Positions 16,989-20,417 of a stretch of 20,417 nucleotides of DNA are shown one piece after another. Source of the DNA: Paraphysomonas bandaiensis (lineage: Eukaryota; Protista; Chrysophyceae); contig CBFFRP010000603.1 in assembly GCA_965644295.1 (NCBI GenBank), positions 1 to 20,417 of the forward strand, given 5' to 3'. The notes beneath the pieces are model-generated. The model ran no database searches and was not told the DNA's origin. It saw nothing but the letters and a program-made list of their open reading frames with translations. A program made the position numbers and the translations under genes. Position 1 is the first letter of the stretch, and each line of letters begins with the position of its first letter.

Positions 16989-17462
16989 ATGATTCGCAAC
17001 GACATAAATCCACTACCCGAGCCACCACGCCCACTGCAACACTCACGCGACGAAGAAGGCAAGTCGCAGCCACCACTCATTCCCAATAAACGCGTCTTCG
17101 GGGTTCTTTTTGAAGGAACGGAACAGGAAATAAAACGAATTCGAGACGAGAAACATGCGTGTGAATTTGTTAAAGCAGTTCGTACCCATTTAATGTTATT
17201 CGACAAATCGCAAAACAAATACAGCGACCGGATATTGCTGTGTACGATGCAATGTGTTGAAAATTTCATCTTGGGGAAATCACGGGGTTTATTCCGCGAA
17301 CGACTTGTCATCGAATGTGTGTCTGATTTTTTCGGTGGTGACGAAGATATCATTCGCAAAATGATCCAACTCCTCATGCCAAAAATTAAAAACTACAAAT
17401 GGTTCCGTCGTAACATGAAGAAAGCAATCCGTTTTTTTGCAAACTTGCTTTTGACGAAGTAA
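16989..17462 (+). CDS. Hypothetical protein (157 aa)
   Basis: Co-oriented last gene of the plus-strand block, 20 bp after the protease. Basic amphipathic C-terminus (WFRRNMKKAIRFFANLLLTK). Confidence 0.65.
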   Translation: MIRNDINPLPEPPRPLQHSRDEEGKSQPPLIPNKRVFGVLFEGTEQEIKRIRDEKHACEFVKAVRTHLMLFDKSQNKYSDRILLCTMQCVENFILGKSRGLFRERLVIECVSDFFGGDEDIIRKMIQLLMPKIKNYKWFRRNMKKAIRFFANLLLTK

Positions 17463-17639
17463 CCTCTCACCTCACAAGAAAATCGATTCAAATTGGCTTA
17501 AAACAAAGACATGCAAGGAATAACATATAGAATGGTACGCATCTACAGAATGAACCAAGTTCATTTTATATCACACACACCACACCGCATGCATTCTTGC
17601 ATACACCGTGTATACCACACGTATTATGACAATAAAACA

Positions 17640-17719
17640 AAACTGAATAACAGCGTATGAAACTGAATAACTGCGCATAAAACTGAAATAAAACCATAGT
17701 GATAAAACTGAAAAACAGC
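17640..17719 (+). repeat. Short degenerate tandem array with AAACTGAA core (period ~20 bp)
   Basis: AAACTGAA begins at 17640, 17660, 17680 and 17705. The first two units are AAACTGAATAACAGCGTATG and AAACTGAATAACTGCGCATA. Confidence 0.8.
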
Positions 17720-18506
17720 TAACTAAAATGAGTAACGTGATACCGTATTCGCTGATAGTCTACTGCTCTTATCATACTCCCTAAAATCATATAAAACCTA
17801 TTGCATCTTTACTCTCTCCATATATTCCTCTTTAAGCCACACGCTTGCCATAATAGCCACCCACTATGCCTGCTTAGCAGCATCACCATGCTTAGCGTCT
17901 ATAGTATGCTCTTGAATGGTCCTAACTCCTGCTCATCTCCCTATCCAGAGCACCATCATGAAAATGCAGCTCACAGAGGTATTGGGCTGTGTACATCCAT
18001 AGTTCTGCACTTAACTTGAGACATTTATGTTCAGGATGTACTAGCAACATCTGAAGATCCCTTCTTATGCTGTTCTGAGGATGATGCAGAGAGAATTGTG
18101 TGTACATCACGTTGATGCTACCTAAGTCTCTCTCCATTGCCCTTATTGCCTCTACGTCATAAAACAACAGGTGCAGTCGGCTGGCTTCACATGTATTGCA
18201 AGTAGAGATAGTGGGTAACGTGTTTTGAGTGTCGTGATATTAATAACTGCCTAGAGTAGCCGCATGTATGTACTTCAGTGTGAATGGCTTGTTGTAATTC
18301 CATGACTCGTGGCTAGATCCTTGCACTTCCTTCGTAAATAATTGTCTTGTACTGTTTGCTGTCCTTCTTCTGTTGTTGACTCTCTTCTTGTTGTTGAATA
18401 CCCTATTTCACTACTACACTTGCTACTATATAAACCCCCAGGGTTACATCGTTATTGCAGTAATATAGTTATCAATATTATTATGATGATGTCATAAAAC
18501 GTGTAA

Positions 18507-20417
18507 AAGGGTGTTATAAAAGCCCACGGCTTTACACATGAGGATGGTGGTCTGCTATACAAGACTAACAGAGTGGTGATAAGGAAGGGACTTATTGTGG
18601 GATACCGGTCGTTGGTTACTGGTAACCAGGTTCAAGTGGAGGATAAAACTCCTATTCATATTGCTGACATCAAGAAGATGACAGAGGATCTTGCGCAGAG
18701 GGTGGTTAGGGCCAGAGTTACTGACAACCGTGACGGCGGTATCAGCGGAGTGGTGCCACAGCAGTCGGAAAGTGGGCCGGTGCAGCCCCAGGCTGACTCA
18801 GCATTACCTTCGGGGGAAGGGACCCCTGCCGAGAATCATCCGCACGGCAAACGCGCAAGAACTCCAAGGACGGTAACGAATGTGTCGGTGTTAGGACAAA
18901 TCCATCATTTGAGTGATGAGAGTGATGTGAGTGACCTTTTACAGGAGGCAGACTCAGTGTGGATGTCAGCGGAAGAGTCGACAGTGCCTCAGACACATCG
19001 TGAGTCCTTGGAGAGTGCCGAGCACAGGGAGTGGAGACGAGCTCGCCGTGTAGAGCGAGAGGGTTTGGCGAAGCGAGATACCATGGAGGTGACTCGTATA
19101 CCGGACGGAGTCGTCCCACTGCACTCCAAGTACGTCTATGGAAAGAAGTACGATAAGGAGGGAGAGGTCCGCCGATATAAGGCTCGTCTTGTAGCAATCG
19201 GTTGTGGACAGCAGTCGAGTGGTTGGGCGAACCATTTCGCACCCGTTGTTAAGGGGGTAACAGTGCGACTGTTAATCGCCATAGCTTTCGTGATGAACAT
19301 GGTAATTCATCAACTGGATGTGTCTAACGCATTTCTATATGCAGATATAGAGGGGGATGTATATATGAAGGCAACTCCGGACTTTCAGCTGCCTGAGGGG
19401 TACTGCTTTAAGTTGAAGAAGTCGTTATACGGGCTTCGGAGTTCCCCGCGGTCGTGGTGGAAAACATTGGATAAATTCATACGATCTATGCATTTTAAAC
19501 CATGTGTATTAGACCCGTGTTTGTATTATCAGTATAAGGGCGATGAATTGATATTATTAACGATATATGTGGATGATATCCTAGTGTTAGGTCGTGATGT
19601 CAACATAGTGAAGGATATTAAAGCTCAACTGTGTGCCCGGTTTGATATGAAGGATATGGGCGAGATGGAACATTTTCTGAATGTTCGAGTCACAAGAACG
19701 CCAGAGTATATTCGTCTTGACCAATCAGTATATGCGGCTAAGATCTTAGAAAAGTTTGAAAAGTATCTTGGGCCACCGCGAAAGGTACGGAAGAGTCCTC
19801 TACCGGCGGAAGCAATGGATTTAGTGGCAAAAGGGGCGCGGCATGAGCATACCGAGGAGGAACAGCTTATAGTAGATAACTTCCCATATCGGCCGCTGAT
19901 AGGTGCATTACTATATCTATCGATGAACACGAGGCCGGATATTGCCTATGCAGTGGGAGTACTGTCTCGGTTCAGTAATAAGGTGAATATTGAAGTATGC
20001 AAGCTATTAACACATGTATGGCAATATATTCGTGGTTCTATTGACAAAGGGATTCAATATGGGAGTAGACGGTTCGACTTCCATATGTTTACTGACGCGG
20101 ATTGGGCGGGAGATCAGCTCTCCAGGAAGTCCACGTCGGGGTACGTTGGGTTTGCAGCGGGAGGGCCTATAGTCTGGCAGTCCAAACTGCAGACGACAGT
20201 GGCAACGTCAAGCATGCAGTCTGAGTATCAGTGTATTTACTCGGGTCTCCAAGAAGTGCTATGGGTTCGGGGGGTGACGGGTGAGATTAAGTTGAGGCTC
20301 ATCAAACCCACACCATTCTTCATCGACAGTCAGAGTGCCCAGGATTTGGCCGAAAACCCAGTGTTTCACAAGAAGTCGAAGCACATTGAGATTAAGTATC
20401 ACATGGTGAGAGAGCAC
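18507..20417 (+). mobile_element. pol: Ty1/Copia LTR retrotransposon pol fragment (RT + RNase H), 5'-truncated, runs off window
   Basis: Manual translation gives a stop-free frame from 18507 to the window end (absent from the track because it has no stop). It reads RYKARLVA, QLDVSNAFL, KLKKSLYGL, IYVDDIL (YVDD at 19566-19577), TRPDIAYAV, FTDADWAG..RKSTSG and KSKHIEIKYH. No gag, protease, integrase core or LTR is recognisable upstream. Confidence 0.95.

Larger units (their letters stand above)
942..17760. mobile_element. Endogenous Polinton-like virus / Maverick-type element (left end truncated by a LINE, right end approximate)
   Basis: Compact intronless cluster with the Polinton/PLV morphogenetic module (double jelly-roll MCP, penton, A32 ATPase, adenain-like protease) plus rve integrase and tyrosine recombinase. 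Short AT-rich spacers; flanked by eukaryotic retrotransposons. No TIR pair or TSD is demonstrable in the window, so boundaries are inferred from composition and gene content. Confidence 0.9.

Noticed and set aside
16976-17377. 133-aa minus-strand ORF and other short antisense ORFs within viral genes
   Set aside because: Almost fully overlap longer, co-oriented genes and lack motifs.
17780-18500. Host gene or viral terminus in the spacer (ORFs 17801..18019 and 17922..18167; ACTACTACACT near 18410-18420)
   Set aside because: Short, stop-interrupted frames without recognisable motifs, possibly decayed host coding DNA. The ACTACT-like motif cannot be validated as a Polinton end without the left terminus.
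18691-19930. Track ORFs 18691..18876, 18742..19242, 18966..19235 and 19625..19930
   Set aside because: Shadow frames of the Copia pol frame.

Overview
Eukaryotic (probably protist) genomic DNA containing a ~16.8-kb endogenous Polinton-like virus (PLV)/Maverick-type element at ~942-17760, between two retrotransposon fragments. The element is gene-dense, intronless and AT-rich. It encodes a major capsid protein (split by a 1-nt frameshift), a minor capsid/penton, an A32-like packaging ATPase, an adenovirus-like cysteine protease, a basic GG-containing core-like protein and two fiber-like proteins. It also encodes a retroviral-type (rve) DDE integrase, a tyrosine recombinase, two probable OB-fold ssDNA-binding proteins and a 5'-truncated ORF resembling the C-terminal half of a viral origin-binding helicase. 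No protein-primed DNA polymerase B is visible. On the left, a minus-strand LINE 3' fragment (CCHC knuckle) cuts into the first viral ORF. On the right is a 5'-truncated Ty1/Copia RT-RNase H frame that runs off the window. The most striking unexplained structure is a pair of 157-bp inverted repeats (8070-8226 and 9866-10022; 148/157 identical by hand alignment). They bracket only the tyrosine recombinase and one SSB gene, and each contains a GC-stem/(TA)n-core hairpin whose outermost stem pair shows a compensatory change between copies. This is a candidate self-inverting (Flp/FRT-like) or resolvase module inside a PLV. All protein assignments come from motif recognition by eye; no database searches were run.
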